DNA of 64,000 nucleotides from Bacilli bacterium (GCA_045631885.1 JAZQVN010000013.1:21242-85241); one strand, 5' to 3'. Positions 19,793 to 29,543 are shown, counted from the first letter of the stretch. Translations and numbers: made by a program. The notes: generated by a model from the sequence alone, not told the origin.

Positions 19793-21421
19793 CTACTTGG
19801 CCTCCTTTCCCTTGTGTTTTAAGGAGTTCTTAATTCTTTCAGAAACAATCTTTGGCATTTCAACCTTTGGTGCGGATGGATGTAATAACCATGTCGCAGC
19901 ATAGTGAGTGTCTGAAAGTTTGAAGAAAGGTGGTTCTTCTTCGAAGTCGATTTTCATCGCATATTTACTACGGGCAGCGAATGCATCACCTTTAGGTGGG
20001 TAAATCATATTCGGTGGCGTACCTGGAATCGCGTCTAATCTCTCTTTACTATCAACATCTGGGATAGAAGATAATAACGCCCAAGTATATGGATGTTTTG
20101 GTTCAAAGAAGATTTCTTCACTTGTACCATATTCAACAATCTTACCAGCGTACATAACAGCAACGCGGTCCGCCATATTGGCAACAACGCCTAAGTCATG
20201 GGTGATGAAGATGATTGATAAGTTTCTATCTTTTTGAATCTTCTTAATTAATTCAAGAATTTGACCTTGAATTGTCACGTCTAACGCGGTGGTTGGTTCG
20301 TCACAAATTAAGATTTCTGGGGTTTCAGTTAAAGCAATCGCGATAACGATTCTTTGTCTCATACCACCAGAGAATTCAAATGGATATTGTCTGAAACGTT
20401 TTTCTGGTTCTGGGATACCAACTTCTCTCATAATCTCTAAAGCTCTGCGTTTGGCTTCAGCTTTGGTGATTTTGAGTTTGTTGATTTTATCTAATTTCGC
20501 TTCTGCGAGAGCTTTTTGTTTATCTTCCGCGTCGAAATTGGAGTTATTAATTTCTTCTAAGCGAGCAGCGTAATCTTTGAGAACTTGTTCTTTATATTCC
20601 GCAACTTTGACTTTCGCCACTTTCTTAGTTTCATTAAGTTTAACTTTTAATGGAGCGGCCAATTCTTTAGTTTCAGCGTTAATTTTCTTCGCTTCTGCTT
20701 TAGCGGCTTTCTTCTTTTCAGCGAGTTCTTTCTTCTTTTCCGCTTTGGCTAAACGGTTATCAGCGATAATCTTATCGAGTCTTTCTTTCATTGATGAAAT
20801 TTCCGCGCGAATTTCTTCCGCTTTCTTTTCATCTTCGCAAGCTTTTAACTCGTTATTCTTCGCTTTAATTTGCTCTTTTAATTCAGAGACTTCTTTTGGA
20901 GAAACGTATTTCTTTGTGAAGTCGATTTTTTCTTGGATATAAGCGTTCATCACTTTTTGTGATTTGCTTTTACCACGCGCTAAGCAGTTTTTATAAGCGA
21001 TTAAATCTTCAGAAATTAAATCTTCATATAAAAGTTTGAGTTTGTTTGAGTTAATTAATGTCGCTTCAGTAATTTGTTTACCGATACGAACAATTGGGTT
21101 TAAGGAAGAAAGAGGATCTTGGAAGATCATGCCGATTTTATGGCCTCTGATCTTGTGGAATTCTTCTTCCGCAACTTCTAATAAGTCTTCACCGCGGTAA
21201 TAGATGTGACCGCCTTCAACGATCGCATTCGCCGCGAGAATACCCATAATGGCTTTTGAGGTAACGGATTTACCGGAACCTGATTCACCAACGATACATA
21301 AAGTTTCACCTTTATATAAATCGAAGGAGATGCTTCTGACCGCTCTTAAAATGCCGTGGTCAGTTTTGAAGGAGATAATAAGATCTTCGACTTGAATAAT
21401 TGCTTCTTTATTTTCCGCCAT
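19793..21421 (-). CDS. oppD: Oligopeptide ABC transporter ATP-binding protein OppD with a long Lys/Glu/Ala coiled-coil insertion
   Basis: Walker A GESGSGKS, FSGGMRQR and ILICDE are present. An about 200-aa KAEK-rich insert lies between the Q-loop and the signature. Confidence 0.85.
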   Translation of the reverse strand: MAENKEAIIQVEDLIISFKTDHGILRAVRSISFDLYKGETLCIVGESGSGKSVTSKAIMGILAANAIVEGGHIYYRGEDLLEVAEEEFHKIRGHKIGMIFQDPLSSLNPIVRIGKQITEATLINSNKLKLLYEDLISEDLIAYKNCLARGKSKSQKVMNAYIQEKIDFTKKYVSPKEVSELKEQIKAKNNELKACEDEKKAEEIRAEISSMKERLDKIIADNRLAKAEKKKELAEKKKAAKAEAKKINAETKELAAPLKVKLNETKKVAKVKVAEYKEQVLKDYAARLEEINNSNFDAEDKQKALAEAKLDKINKLKITKAEAKRRALEIMREVGIPEPEKRFRQYPFEFSGGMRQRIVIAIALTETPEILICDEPTTALDVTIQGQILELIKKIQKDRNLSIIFITHDLGVVANMADRVAVMYAGKIVEYGTSEEIFFEPKHPYTWALLSSIPDVDSKERLDAIPGTPPNMIYPPKGDAFAARSKYAMKIDFEEEPPFFKLSDTHYAATWLLHPSAPKVEMPKIVSERIKNSLKHKGKEAK

Positions 21422-21422
21422 A

Positions 21423-23384
21423 TTATTCTCCTCCTTTCAATGTTGGGTTAAGTGCGTCTCTTAGACCATTACCAAACAAGTTGAAGGAAATCATCAATAA
21501 GGAGATGATGATCGCTGGAACGATGATTAATAATGGTTTTGTGGATAAGTAGACTTGGTTTTCTGAAAGAAGAACACCAAAGCTATTAACGCCTTGTAAA
21601 CCTAAACCTAAATAGGAAATACTTGCTTCAGAGAAGATACAGCCTGGAATCATTAAGACTGAGCCAGTAACGATTGTTCCTAAACCATTTGGAAGAATGT
21701 GTCTAAAGATCAATCTAGCATCGGAAGCGCCTAAAGTTCTTGAGGCCAAGATATATTCACGGCCTTTAAACCTGTAGAACTGCATTCTCGTTCTCGTCGC
21801 TGTACTAATCCATCCCGTCATAATTAAAGCAATCGCGAATGTAACAACGTTATTACCTAATAACAAGATGATTAATGTCATCATAACAATCCATGGGACG
21901 CCACCTAAGATATCGGTAATACGTTCCATGATGATATCGACGTTACCACCAAAGTAACCGGAGATAGAACCCCAAACTAAGCCGATGGCTAAACATGCTG
22001 CAGATGAGATAATCGCCACTAAGAGGGATGTCTTCAAAGAAGATAATGCCACAGTTAATAAGTCGTGACCCATCGCGTCAGTACCAAAGACGTATTTTGG
22101 CATTTCGCTATAGCCTTTATATTGGTAATAGCAGACTAAACCAGTAAATTGGTCAACTCCACCAGCAGAAGAATGAGAATAGACTTCTTTGAGTGGGCAT
22201 TTGTCATCTAATACCTTAAAGGTGGTAATGTCTTCAAAATTTGGGAATTCACACCAGCCGTTAGCGATATATTTCTTAATATCACTACCACCGATAACAA
22301 CATTAGTAACGTTGCCATAGACGGCTTTATAACGATCGTATCTGAATGATGCGGTCTTATATTTGGCGTGCCAGACATTTCTTTCGCCAGTAGATTGCCA
22401 ATAACCAACCGGGAATTGTCTCAAGCTATCTGGACCTAATCCAGCTGTGTAGTTCGCATCAGTAATATTGATTTGATTTAATAAAGCTTGAGTTTCTTCG
22501 TTACTTGAAGTCATTGTTAATGTCTTCATTAAATAGTAACATTTCTTTTCACTAACCTTTGGTTTGCCATAAATTTCAAAGTAGCATTTTTCACTAGCGG
22601 CAATACCTTGAGCGGTCATGATTTCAGAGACATTGATATCAATAGTGCTGAATTCGTTATACCAAGATTCATCATCACCAACGGTTGGGAAGATGGTTAA
22701 ACGTTTTTCTTTATTGTTATCTTCAGCATCGATATATCTTAAAGCAACACGCACACCATCACATAAGATGTTATCGAGAATGTTATCTTCGTTATCCATT
22801 TCGATATTGAGTGTGAATTCATCAGCTGGATTAACTGGAATTGGCGTGTAGTTATAAGTTAATGTTGTGTATTTTGTTAATGTAATTTTCTTACTCGCAT
22901 CTGAATATGCAGCATCGCTTGTGATTCGGTAATATCCACCTTTAGCAAATGAATAATATTTTTCGGATAATTTTTCACCGCTGACGGTGAGGTTATATGT
23001 GCAATCAGCTCTATAACCAAAAGCTACTCCGTTAATATCGTCATATGGAGCGTCATTAATGGATTCACATCCATCCCACCAACCAGTGCCACCTTCAAAC
23101 ACTTTACCAGGAAGCAAACGTTCGTCTGTGTGAGCGGTTTGAATATCGTGTGGTGAGAAGATCGATAAGAAACTACCTAATAATAAGATACCGATGATTG
23201 TTGCACCGACAACACTACTCTTATTTTTCGCAAAACGCTTTAAAGCGTCTTTAGCAAATGTCGTAGCTTTAGTATCGAATTTTTCATCGTGGATTTTTGC
23301 ACCCACATTAGTGTGCACTAATTCAAATCTTGATGGGTCGATTTCTGGAATATTTGCTTGATTGTTTTTGTCAATTTTACTCAT
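21423..23384 (-). CDS. oppC: Oligopeptide ABC transporter permease OppC with a large extracytoplasmic insertion
   Basis: The C-terminal ABC-permease TM bundle carries the EAA-like loop. An about 400-aa extracellular insert follows TM1. The start at 23384 abuts the oppB stop. The longer ORF extends to 23450. Confidence 0.8.
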   Translation of the reverse strand: MSKIDKNNQANIPEIDPSRFELVHTNVGAKIHDEKFDTKATTFAKDALKRFAKNKSSVVGATIIGILLLGSFLSIFSPHDIQTAHTDERLLPGKVFEGGTGWWDGCESINDAPYDDINGVAFGYRADCTYNLTVSGEKLSEKYYSFAKGGYYRITSDAAYSDASKKITLTKYTTLTYNYTPIPVNPADEFTLNIEMDNEDNILDNILCDGVRVALRYIDAEDNNKEKRLTIFPTVGDDESWYNEFSTIDINVSEIMTAQGIAASEKCYFEIYGKPKVSEKKCYYLMKTLTMTSSNEETQALLNQINITDANYTAGLGPDSLRQFPVGYWQSTGERNVWHAKYKTASFRYDRYKAVYGNVTNVVIGGSDIKKYIANGWCEFPNFEDITTFKVLDDKCPLKEVYSHSSAGGVDQFTGLVCYYQYKGYSEMPKYVFGTDAMGHDLLTVALSSLKTSLLVAIISSAACLAIGLVWGSISGYFGGNVDIIMERITDILGGVPWIVMMTLIILLLGNNVVTFAIALIMTGWISTATRTRMQFYRFKGREYILASRTLGASDARLIFRHILPNGLGTIVTGSVLMIPGCIFSEASISYLGLGLQGVNSFGVLLSENQVYLSTKPLLIIVPAIIISLLMISFNLFGNGLRDALNPTLKGGE

Positions 23385-23385
23385 A

Positions 23386-24426
23386 TTATTTCTTCGCCCC
23401 CATTCTAATTCTTGGATCGATAAATCCATATGATAAATCAAGGAAGACACCAGCGGTTAAGCTGATTAATGTGAATAACGCCATATCAACGAATAAGACG
23501 TTATAGTCTTGATTTTGTAAGGCAGTGGTAAATAATTTACCAATACCAGGAATACCATATAAGTTTTCAAGAATCATGGAACCACCTAAGATTCCGATGA
23601 ATTCCGCTAAGATGGATGGAACGATTGGAACCATCGCATTCTTTAAAGCGTGTCTAATAATTGCTTGTTTTCTGGTTAAGCCTTTAGTTCTCGCTAAGAG
23701 TAAGTATTCGCTTTCCATAACTTCACAAAGTTCGGCACGAACAGAACGGCAGTAGCCGCATATTGAACCAAACGATAAGACAAAGACTGGGATAACATAA
23801 CCTAAGACTTGGTCGCTCGTTGGATCGGTTGGATTTGGCCACTGTGTTGGTAGCCAATGCATTTGGTAAGAGAAGAAATAAATAGAAAGAGTAATTAAAA
23901 CAAAGCCAGGAACAGAAATGAAAATCATGACTGTTGTAGAAATGATGTTATCTGTCATTTTGTTTTTCTTTAAAGCCGCCCAGATGCCTAAAGCGATACC
24001 AATTGGCACGGAGAAGACGACTGATAAAATGTTAATTTTAATTGAGAATGGAAGTTTTTGCATAATGATGTTAATAACTTCCACGTTTGGATCGATAAAT
24101 GTGGATCTACCCCAGTTCCATTCAGTGAAAATGTTTTTCACCCAGGAAAAGTATTGAACCATAATTGGTGTTTGATAGAAATAATATGTAGTCTTTCCAC
24201 CATCAGGAGCGTATGACCAGAGGCAATCTCCATAACCCGGCATTTCCGACTCAAATCTCAAGACGAAACCATCATGCACTTGGCTCATATAGTAACCATA
24301 CATGCTCTGATTGGTACCGATTGGTCTTTGGAAAGGAAGCAACTTCATCAAGATGAACGTTAACGACAAGATGATGAATGCGGTGAAAAAGGCCAATATT
24401 AATCTTTTAATCGTGTATTTAATCAT
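23386..24426 (-). CDS. oppB: Oligopeptide ABC transporter permease OppB
   Basis: It has six TMs and the EAA motif region ...LLARTKGLTRKQAIIRHALKNA.... Confidence 0.85.
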   Translation of the reverse strand: MIKYTIKRLILAFFTAFIILSLTFILMKLLPFQRPIGTNQSMYGYYMSQVHDGFVLRFESEMPGYGDCLWSYAPDGGKTTYYFYQTPIMVQYFSWVKNIFTEWNWGRSTFIDPNVEVINIIMQKLPFSIKINILSVVFSVPIGIALGIWAALKKNKMTDNIISTTVMIFISVPGFVLITLSIYFFSYQMHWLPTQWPNPTDPTSDQVLGYVIPVFVLSFGSICGYCRSVRAELCEVMESEYLLLARTKGLTRKQAIIRHALKNAMVPIVPSILAEFIGILGGSMILENLYGIPGIGKLFTTALQNQDYNVLFVDMALFTLISLTAGVFLDLSYGFIDPRIRMGAKK

Positions 24427-24481
24427 AATAATTACTTTTTCTACTTTTCGTTAAATTTGCTATGTCTATAAGACTGTTAAA

Positions 24482-24519
24482 GGATTAGCGGCGCCACATA
24501 GCGAGGCGCTCGCTAATCC
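24482..24519 (-). promoter_or_regulatory. GC-rich intercistronic stem-loop between oppA and oppB (partial terminator or mRNA stabiliser)
   Basis: GGATTAGCGGCGCC-acatagcga-GGCGCtCGCTAATCC is a stem of about 14 bp in otherwise AT-rich DNA, 38 nt after the oppA stop. Confidence 0.5.
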
Positions 24520-24556
24520 TATTTTCAAATACTTTGAATGTATCTACTAAAATCGA

Positions 24557-27500
24557 TTAGTCGTTACCTGGATAGAGGTCGTCTAAGGATTCTAAGTATT
24601 CAGAAGCATCAATACCTGTTTGATATGTTGGATCGCTATCGACACCGAACATTGTGGTGACGAAGTATAAGTCGAATCCGACATAACCATAACTGAAGGC
24701 AACTGCGTTAACAGCTGTGTTGAATGGAGCTAATGTGGAAGCGTTGAATGTAACAACGTATCTGACATAACCATCAGCAACACCAGATTGATCTTCAGCT
24801 TTAACACAGGAATCACATTCTGCTTCGAGGTATCCAGCGTTGGAAATCGCTTCTGGATAACCGAAGAAGACTAAGCCTGCAAATTGTGTCTTGATGTCTC
24901 CACCGGAGATGCTAACTTCTAAAACGTCAAGTGTAACGGTGACTTTATCTTCACTAATACCGAATTCGACAGAGTCTTCATCGTATTCGTATGGGATAGC
25001 TTCGTTACGGCCGTTAACGATGTAAGCACCTTGGTCAGCAGCTTGCCATAAAGCATCGAATGAATAGAATTCATCTTTGAAGCTTAATGTTGGGTCAACT
25101 GCGTTGGTGTCTAAGCCCCAGTTAAGGGTGAAACCAGAGGAGTTATCACTTCTTAAAACTTCTAAGAAGTTGAGTGGGTTGAGTGTATTACCAGAGATGG
25201 AACCGAAGCCAATGTCGAATTGACCGAGCATCATCTTGTTGTAGTAAACATCAGACCATTCAGCACCGACCCATGGGACAACTTTCAATTTGAGTGGGTT
25301 GTCATCTGTGTTGAAAGCATCTTCGAAATATTTCTTTAATGTCGCGTGAGTTCTATCAATTTGAGATTGAGTTTGCCATGCGATTTCGATTTCGATTTCA
25401 TCGCCTTCTTCATAGAAGCCATCTTCGATTAATTCTTCAGCAGCAGTTTTGAAGGCTTCTTTAGCTTTCGCTAAGGAATAACCGTATTCATCTGTACCAG
25501 CAGCTTCACCGATAATGGAAGCAACAGCATCCTTATGGGTTTGTGTGGAATTGTAAGCAATACCATTTTCTGGGTCAGACATATAAGCGGAACCGAAGTA
25601 GTTAGCTGTTGGAGTTCTACCTTCAGATTCAGCTAATTCAGCTCTGTTAATAGCGAAGGATAAACCAGAAACGAAGTTCTTATTGTTCATCGCTGGTTCA
25701 ACTTCCCAGTAATCAGATTTTGGAGTTTGTGTAACAGAACCGTTAACACCGAATAATTGTTCCCAAGTATCAGCATCACATGTGTTGAGGTTCAACTTAT
25801 AAGTTGAGCTATCAGCTGTTTGTGTTCTGTAAGGAGCATTGGCTGGATCATCTAATTTTGTGGATGGGATACCAGCGGCGTGTAACTTCTTAGCAAAGAA
25901 TTCTTTGTAAGCAGCTTCTTGGTCTGTCTTTTGGGCAGCTAAGATGTTGATATGGACACCTTGGATTGCATAGTGTTCATCTTCATCTTCCCAGTTTTCG
26001 TTTCTCGCGAAGACGATTTGTTGATCTTTGTCCCAAGCTTCAACGGTGTATGGACCTGTGGAGAGCCAGTGATCTAGTGGTGTTAAGGAACCATCAGCAT
26101 TGGATCTACCCCAAGTAGCAACACCTTCTGCAAAGTCACCACCACCGATTGTGGTAATGAATTCGGCTGGAACTGGTGCGAACATACTGCTGGATAAGTA
26201 GTACATTGCATAGAATTGTGTACAAGCCATATTGAATTCGAATTGGATCCAATCTTGACCATCGTGTGTGGCGGTCTTGATACCAATCTTATCCCAAGCA
26301 GCTTGTGTGAAGCCTTTTGCGGAAGCTTCGTAGAAGGCTTTGGCACCTTTGATGGAGCCGGAACCTGTTAAGTTTTCAGCAGATCTAGCTAAACCGTAGG
26401 ATTGGGTGTAGTAGATTTGATATGGAGTGACGTAGTCTTCTAATTTAACTTCTCTGTTATTGAAGGCTGCGTATGTTGTTGAACGAGTTCTGTATTTGAG
26501 AGCAGAACCAGTCTTGACTGGGATTTCCCACTTGGTCGCCATTTGTGTGGATTCATTTAAGTTCATCGCGACTGGACGATCGTTTGTGGCTAAATCTCCG
26601 ACCCATTTGTAACCATCTTTGGTATCGTTCATGTATGTGGTGTAGTAGCCACCAGCAACATAACCGATTAAATTACCAACGACAGAACCCTTATCATCCA
26701 TGTAGTTAAGGTTCTTTGGATCGTCTGTTTCATAGGTGTGGTAGTATCTCTTCCATTCTTGTTTGCTTTCACCTTCGAGGTCAGCATTGATGGAACCGGA
26801 AGATAAGACACCGAATCCGAAACCTGGAATATAGGTTTCTGTACCTTTAACAACGCTATCTTGGTACATGACGAAGCCGCCATCACCATAGAGTGTTAAA
26901 CCTGTTAATTTGTTTTCAACAGCGTATTTTTCTAACGCGCCTAAGATTTGTTCTCTTTCAGTAGCATTAGAGTAGACGAATGATCTGGCACCGTTAGCTG
27001 GGGTATGGGAACCGGCTGCTAAGACTGTGACGTTACATTCAGCGGATTTTTCACCAGCTGTGAAGATGATGGTCGCTTGACCAGCACCAACTGCGGTGAG
27101 TGTTGCACCAACAACTGTTTCGCCGTCTTCGCCAAGTTTTGGAGCGACGGTAACAACATCTGTATCGCTGGATTTGAATTCGAGTTCGTAATCAGAACCA
27201 CCGAAATCCTTAACTGTAGCAAGGATGTCAGCTGTGTGGAAGTTTTCACTTTCGAGAACTAAGACAGCACCTGTTTGGTTAAGGGATAAACCTCTGACGT
27301 ATGGTGCGACGACTTCGACTTCGAGTTCAGCTTTCTTTGTTGCATCAAATGTTGATGTAGCAATGATTTTGGCTTTGCCTGCAGCAAGACCGGCCGCAAA
27401 GTAGTTGCCAGCGCTTTCGAGAATAGCGAGAACGCTATCATCGGAAGATGTAACTTTATAACCTTTTAAACCGTCGGCTTTGCCAACTGTCTTGACGCTA

Positions 27501-27934
27501 ACTGAGATATAAGCGGCGTTTGCATACTTTTCATCGAGAAGAGCAACTTCATCGTTTAAGTCTTGGATAGCGACAGAAATTCCTGTAACTTCTGGAACAA
27601 CAGCAACTGTGACTTCACATTTTGCTTCGAAGCTACCTGCTTTTGCAGTGATTGTTGCGGAGCCAGCGGCGATAGCTGTGACTTCACCATTAGCAACTGT
27701 TGCGATCTTTTCATCACTGGATGTCCATGTGACTGTTTTATCAGTAGCATTGTCTGGTAAAACTGTGGCGTTTAATGTGCCTTTACCACCAACTAATAAA
27801 GACAATTCGCTTTTATCTAAGCTGATAGATGTAACGGCAACTTCACCTTGTTGACCACAGGCGGCTAATGACACTGTTCCACCAATAAGGAATAATGAGG
27901 AAGCAAGGGCCAATAATAATTTTTTGCCTTTCAT
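24557..27934 (-). CDS. oppA: Oligopeptide-binding lipoprotein (family-5 SBP, OppA-like) with N-terminal tandem Big_2 (bacterial Ig-like) domains
   Basis: The lipobox is LAAC. Several about 80-aa Big_2-like repeats (..VTSISLDKSELSLLVGGKGTLNATVLPDNATDKTVTWTSSDEKIATV..) are followed by a large SBP_bac_5-like domain. It is the first gene of oppBCDF. Confidence 0.8.
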   Translation of the reverse strand: MKGKKLLLALASSLFLIGGTVSLAACGQQGEVAVTSISLDKSELSLLVGGKGTLNATVLPDNATDKTVTWTSSDEKIATVANGEVTAIAAGSATITAKAGSFEAKCEVTVAVVPEVTGISVAIQDLNDEVALLDEKYANAAYISVSVKTVGKADGLKGYKVTSSDDSVLAILESAGNYFAAGLAAGKAKIIATSTFDATKKAELEVEVVAPYVRGLSLNQTGAVLVLESENFHTADILATVKDFGGSDYELEFKSSDTDVVTVAPKLGEDGETVVGATLTAVGAGQATIIFTAGEKSAECNVTVLAAGSHTPANGARSFVYSNATEREQILGALEKYAVENKLTGLTLYGDGGFVMYQDSVVKGTETYIPGFGFGVLSSGSINADLEGESKQEWKRYYHTYETDDPKNLNYMDDKGSVVGNLIGYVAGGYYTTYMNDTKDGYKWVGDLATNDRPVAMNLNESTQMATKWEIPVKTGSALKYRTRSTTYAAFNNREVKLEDYVTPYQIYYTQSYGLARSAENLTGSGSIKGAKAFYEASAKGFTQAAWDKIGIKTATHDGQDWIQFEFNMACTQFYAMYYLSSSMFAPVPAEFITTIGGGDFAEGVATWGRSNADGSLTPLDHWLSTGPYTVEAWDKDQQIVFARNENWEDEDEHYAIQGVHINILAAQKTDQEAAYKEFFAKKLHAAGIPSTKLDDPANAPYRTQTADSSTYKLNLNTCDADTWEQLFGVNGSVTQTPKSDYWEVEPAMNNKNFVSGLSFAINRAELAESEGRTPTANYFGSAYMSDPENGIAYNSTQTHKDAVASIIGEAAGTDEYGYSLAKAKEAFKTAAEELIEDGFYEEGDEIEIEIAWQTQSQIDRTHATLKKYFEDAFNTDDNPLKLKVVPWVGAEWSDVYYNKMMLGQFDIGFGSISGNTLNPLNFLEVLRSDNSSGFTLNWGLDTNAVDPTLSFKDEFYSFDALWQAADQGAYIVNGRNEAIPYEYDEDSVEFGISEDKVTVTLDVLEVSISGGDIKTQFAGLVFFGYPEAISNAGYLEAECDSCVKAEDQSGVADGYVRYVVTFNASTLAPFNTAVNAVAFSYGYVGFDLYFVTTMFGVDSDPTYQTGIDASEYLESLDDLYPGND

Positions 27935-28217
27935 ATTTTTCTCCTTTCTTTGTTGTGTCTAGTGACACGGTTTTCAAATAATGAAATGCATTATTTATTA
28001 AATTCCGAATCAATACGATTTCGAGAATTTGCTTTCTATTATATATGTATGGACATGAGTGTCAAGTAAAAAATCGATTTTTCCCAATATGTTAATTCGG
28101 TATTTTTTGGTCAAAAATATGCAGTTAAAAAAATCTCTAAAAAAAATAACCTTTAGGTTATAAGATTTCATTGAATAATATTGATAAAAGAGAAAAATAA
28201 GACAATAATTTTAATCT

Positions 28218-28625
28218 TTATTTCAAAATAATATACGTGACGACCGCGAATGTAGCGTACACAAGTGCAATTAATATATATGATAAAAAGTGAAGTTTGA
28301 GATGCCCTCTCGCTAAATTTTTTCTCTCCACATATTCAGAATAATTCTCTTTTTTCCCATCATCTTTAACCTTTCTCCCAGGCAAAAAAGAAAAGATATC
28401 AAAGACACCAAAATGAGAGACGATTGAGAGTAAACCAACAAAGAGAAGCGCCATTGCAGCGATAAAAGATCCGTCGCGATAATATTCTAATTTCCCCCAC
28501 GAATTAGCACCTGTTGATTGATAAGAAAAGTTATAAATCGCCATTAAAGTAAGGCCAATCAAAAAGGAGATGAGCATTCTCAACCAGTTTTCTTGGAAAA
28601 AACGACCCACTTTCGCCATTACCAC
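28218..28625 (-). CDS. Small membrane protein (DUF3899-like)
   Basis: It has three TM segments and overlaps the upstream kinase gene by 7 nt. Confidence 0.45.
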   Translation of the reverse strand: MVMAKVGRFFQENWLRMLISFLIGLTLMAIYNFSYQSTGANSWGKLEYYRDGSFIAAMALLFVGLLSIVSHFGVFDIFSFLPGRKVKDDGKKENYSEYVERKNLARGHLKLHFLSYILIALVYATFAVVTYIILK

Positions 28626-29089
28626 TTAACCTCAATCAATTCATCAACATAACTTAAAACTTCTTCGCTTGGTTGTTCAAACTTTTCAAACATCTCCACG
28701 ACTACGTGATCAGGGACTCGACAGCTCTCTGGTCTGAGGTTATTGAAGTATCTACTTCTCTCTAATGTTGATGGAAACATTACCAAAACTTTTTTATCGT
28801 ACTCAGGAGAATTTTTTAAATATTTTAATCTCACTGAATTAACATCGTTAAGCGCATCTAAAATAACAGTTACGTTTTCCGCTTTTTGAGCGTATTCATG
28901 GATGCGTTTTTCAAATAAAATCCAGACTTGGTCTTGTTTAGAACGATCGTGATAATTACCACCGGTAAGTTCTAACCTAATTTCATCGCTGGAAATGATA
29001 AAAACATTCTCGTGCTCTTTTTGATATTTTAATGCCCAAGTTGTTTTACCTGATGCTGGATAGGCGCTTAAGATAATTAATGTTTTCAT
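28619..29089 (-). CDS. P-loop NTPase/kinase (AAA_33, polynucleotide-kinase-like or zeta-toxin-like fold)
   Basis: The Walker A motif is LSAYPASGKTT. It is 156 aa and has no obvious SD sequence. Confidence 0.6.
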   Translation of the reverse strand: MKTLIILSAYPASGKTTWALKYQKEHENVFIISSDEIRLELTGGNYHDRSKQDQVWILFEKRIHEYAQKAENVTVILDALNDVNSVRLKYLKNSPEYDKKVLVMFPSTLERSRYFNNLRPESCRVPDHVVVEMFEKFEQPSEEVLSYVDELIEVKW

Positions 29090-29251
29090 ATTTGGGATAT
29101 GTATATTGTATAGACAAAAATGAAGAATGAAAACAATTATTGTTTTATCTTTGAGTAGAGGGGGAGCCCCACCCTATTGAAATGCGCTCCTATTATTGGT
29201 TATAATAATATTGTTGTTGGGGCGCATGTAACCATCATGTGCCACAGTTTG

Positions 29252-29278
29252 GCTCGTCAGTGACGAGCTTTTTGTTTT
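29252..29278 (+). terminator. Plus-strand rho-independent terminator ending a candidate antisense sRNA
   Basis: GCTCGTC-agt-GACGAGC followed by TTTTTGTTTT. No plus-strand CDS lies upstream. It is preceded by GC-rich stems, for example GGGGAGCCCC. Confidence 0.55.
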
Positions 29279-29288
29279 CATCTTCAAA

Positions 29289-29363
29289 CTAGCGAGCTAG
29301 TGTCAGAATCACCATCACAACGATCAAGATTATTTTCATAATCAAGACCAGGATATCTTTCAT
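29289..29363 (-). CDS. 24-aa hydrophobic peptide MKDILVLIMKIILIVVMVILTLAR (candidate Fst/Ldr-like type I toxin)
   Basis: It is a single TM helix beginning MKD like Fst. It is preceded by an 18-aa upstream ORF (29360..29416, overlapping ATGA) with a GGAGG RBS. Its 3' end converges on the plus-strand terminated sRNA candidate. Confidence 0.35.
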   Translation of the reverse strand: MKDILVLIMKIILIVVMVILTLAR

Positions 29364-29495
29364 GGCCCACCCTTCGTCAAGGATGGGTAGGAGAGTCTCC
29401 CTATGGCGTAAACCATATTTTACCTCCTATAAATAAATAGGAAAAAATCGGCATTTTGTTGCAAAAAATCGTATTTTTTTGAAAAAAGTTTTTAA

Positions 29496-29522
29496 GCAAA
29501 AGAAAAATGCCCTTAAGGGCAT
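29496..29522 (-). terminator. Rho-independent terminator after the glycosyltransferase gene
   Basis: The minus strand reads AUGCCC-UUAA-GGGCAU followed by UUUUCUUUUGC. Confidence 0.55.
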
Positions 29523-29543
29523 CTTCCAAAATATTTTTTTAAA

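Noticed and set aside
16065-27750. Numerous 60-160-aa ORFs on the opposite strand of the subtilase, opp and oppA genes (e.g. 16065..16538, 20577..20942, 27077..27262)
   Set aside because: They are embedded antisense in long, well-supported CDSs. They have low-complexity Ser/Ala/Leu-rich translations typical of antisense frames of AT-rich genes. No RBS is present.
27956-27969. Short inverted repeat GTGTC-tagt-GACAC just upstream of the oppA RBS as an operator
   Set aside because: It has only 5-bp arms, which is compatible with chance in AT-rich DNA. No cognate regulator gene is nearby.
29360-29416. 18-aa ORF MVYAIGRLSYPSLTKGGP as a stand-alone protein gene
   Set aside because: It is too short and unremarkable. 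It is more plausibly a leader or coupling ORF for the downstream 24-aa hydrophobic peptide, so it is reported only within that finding.
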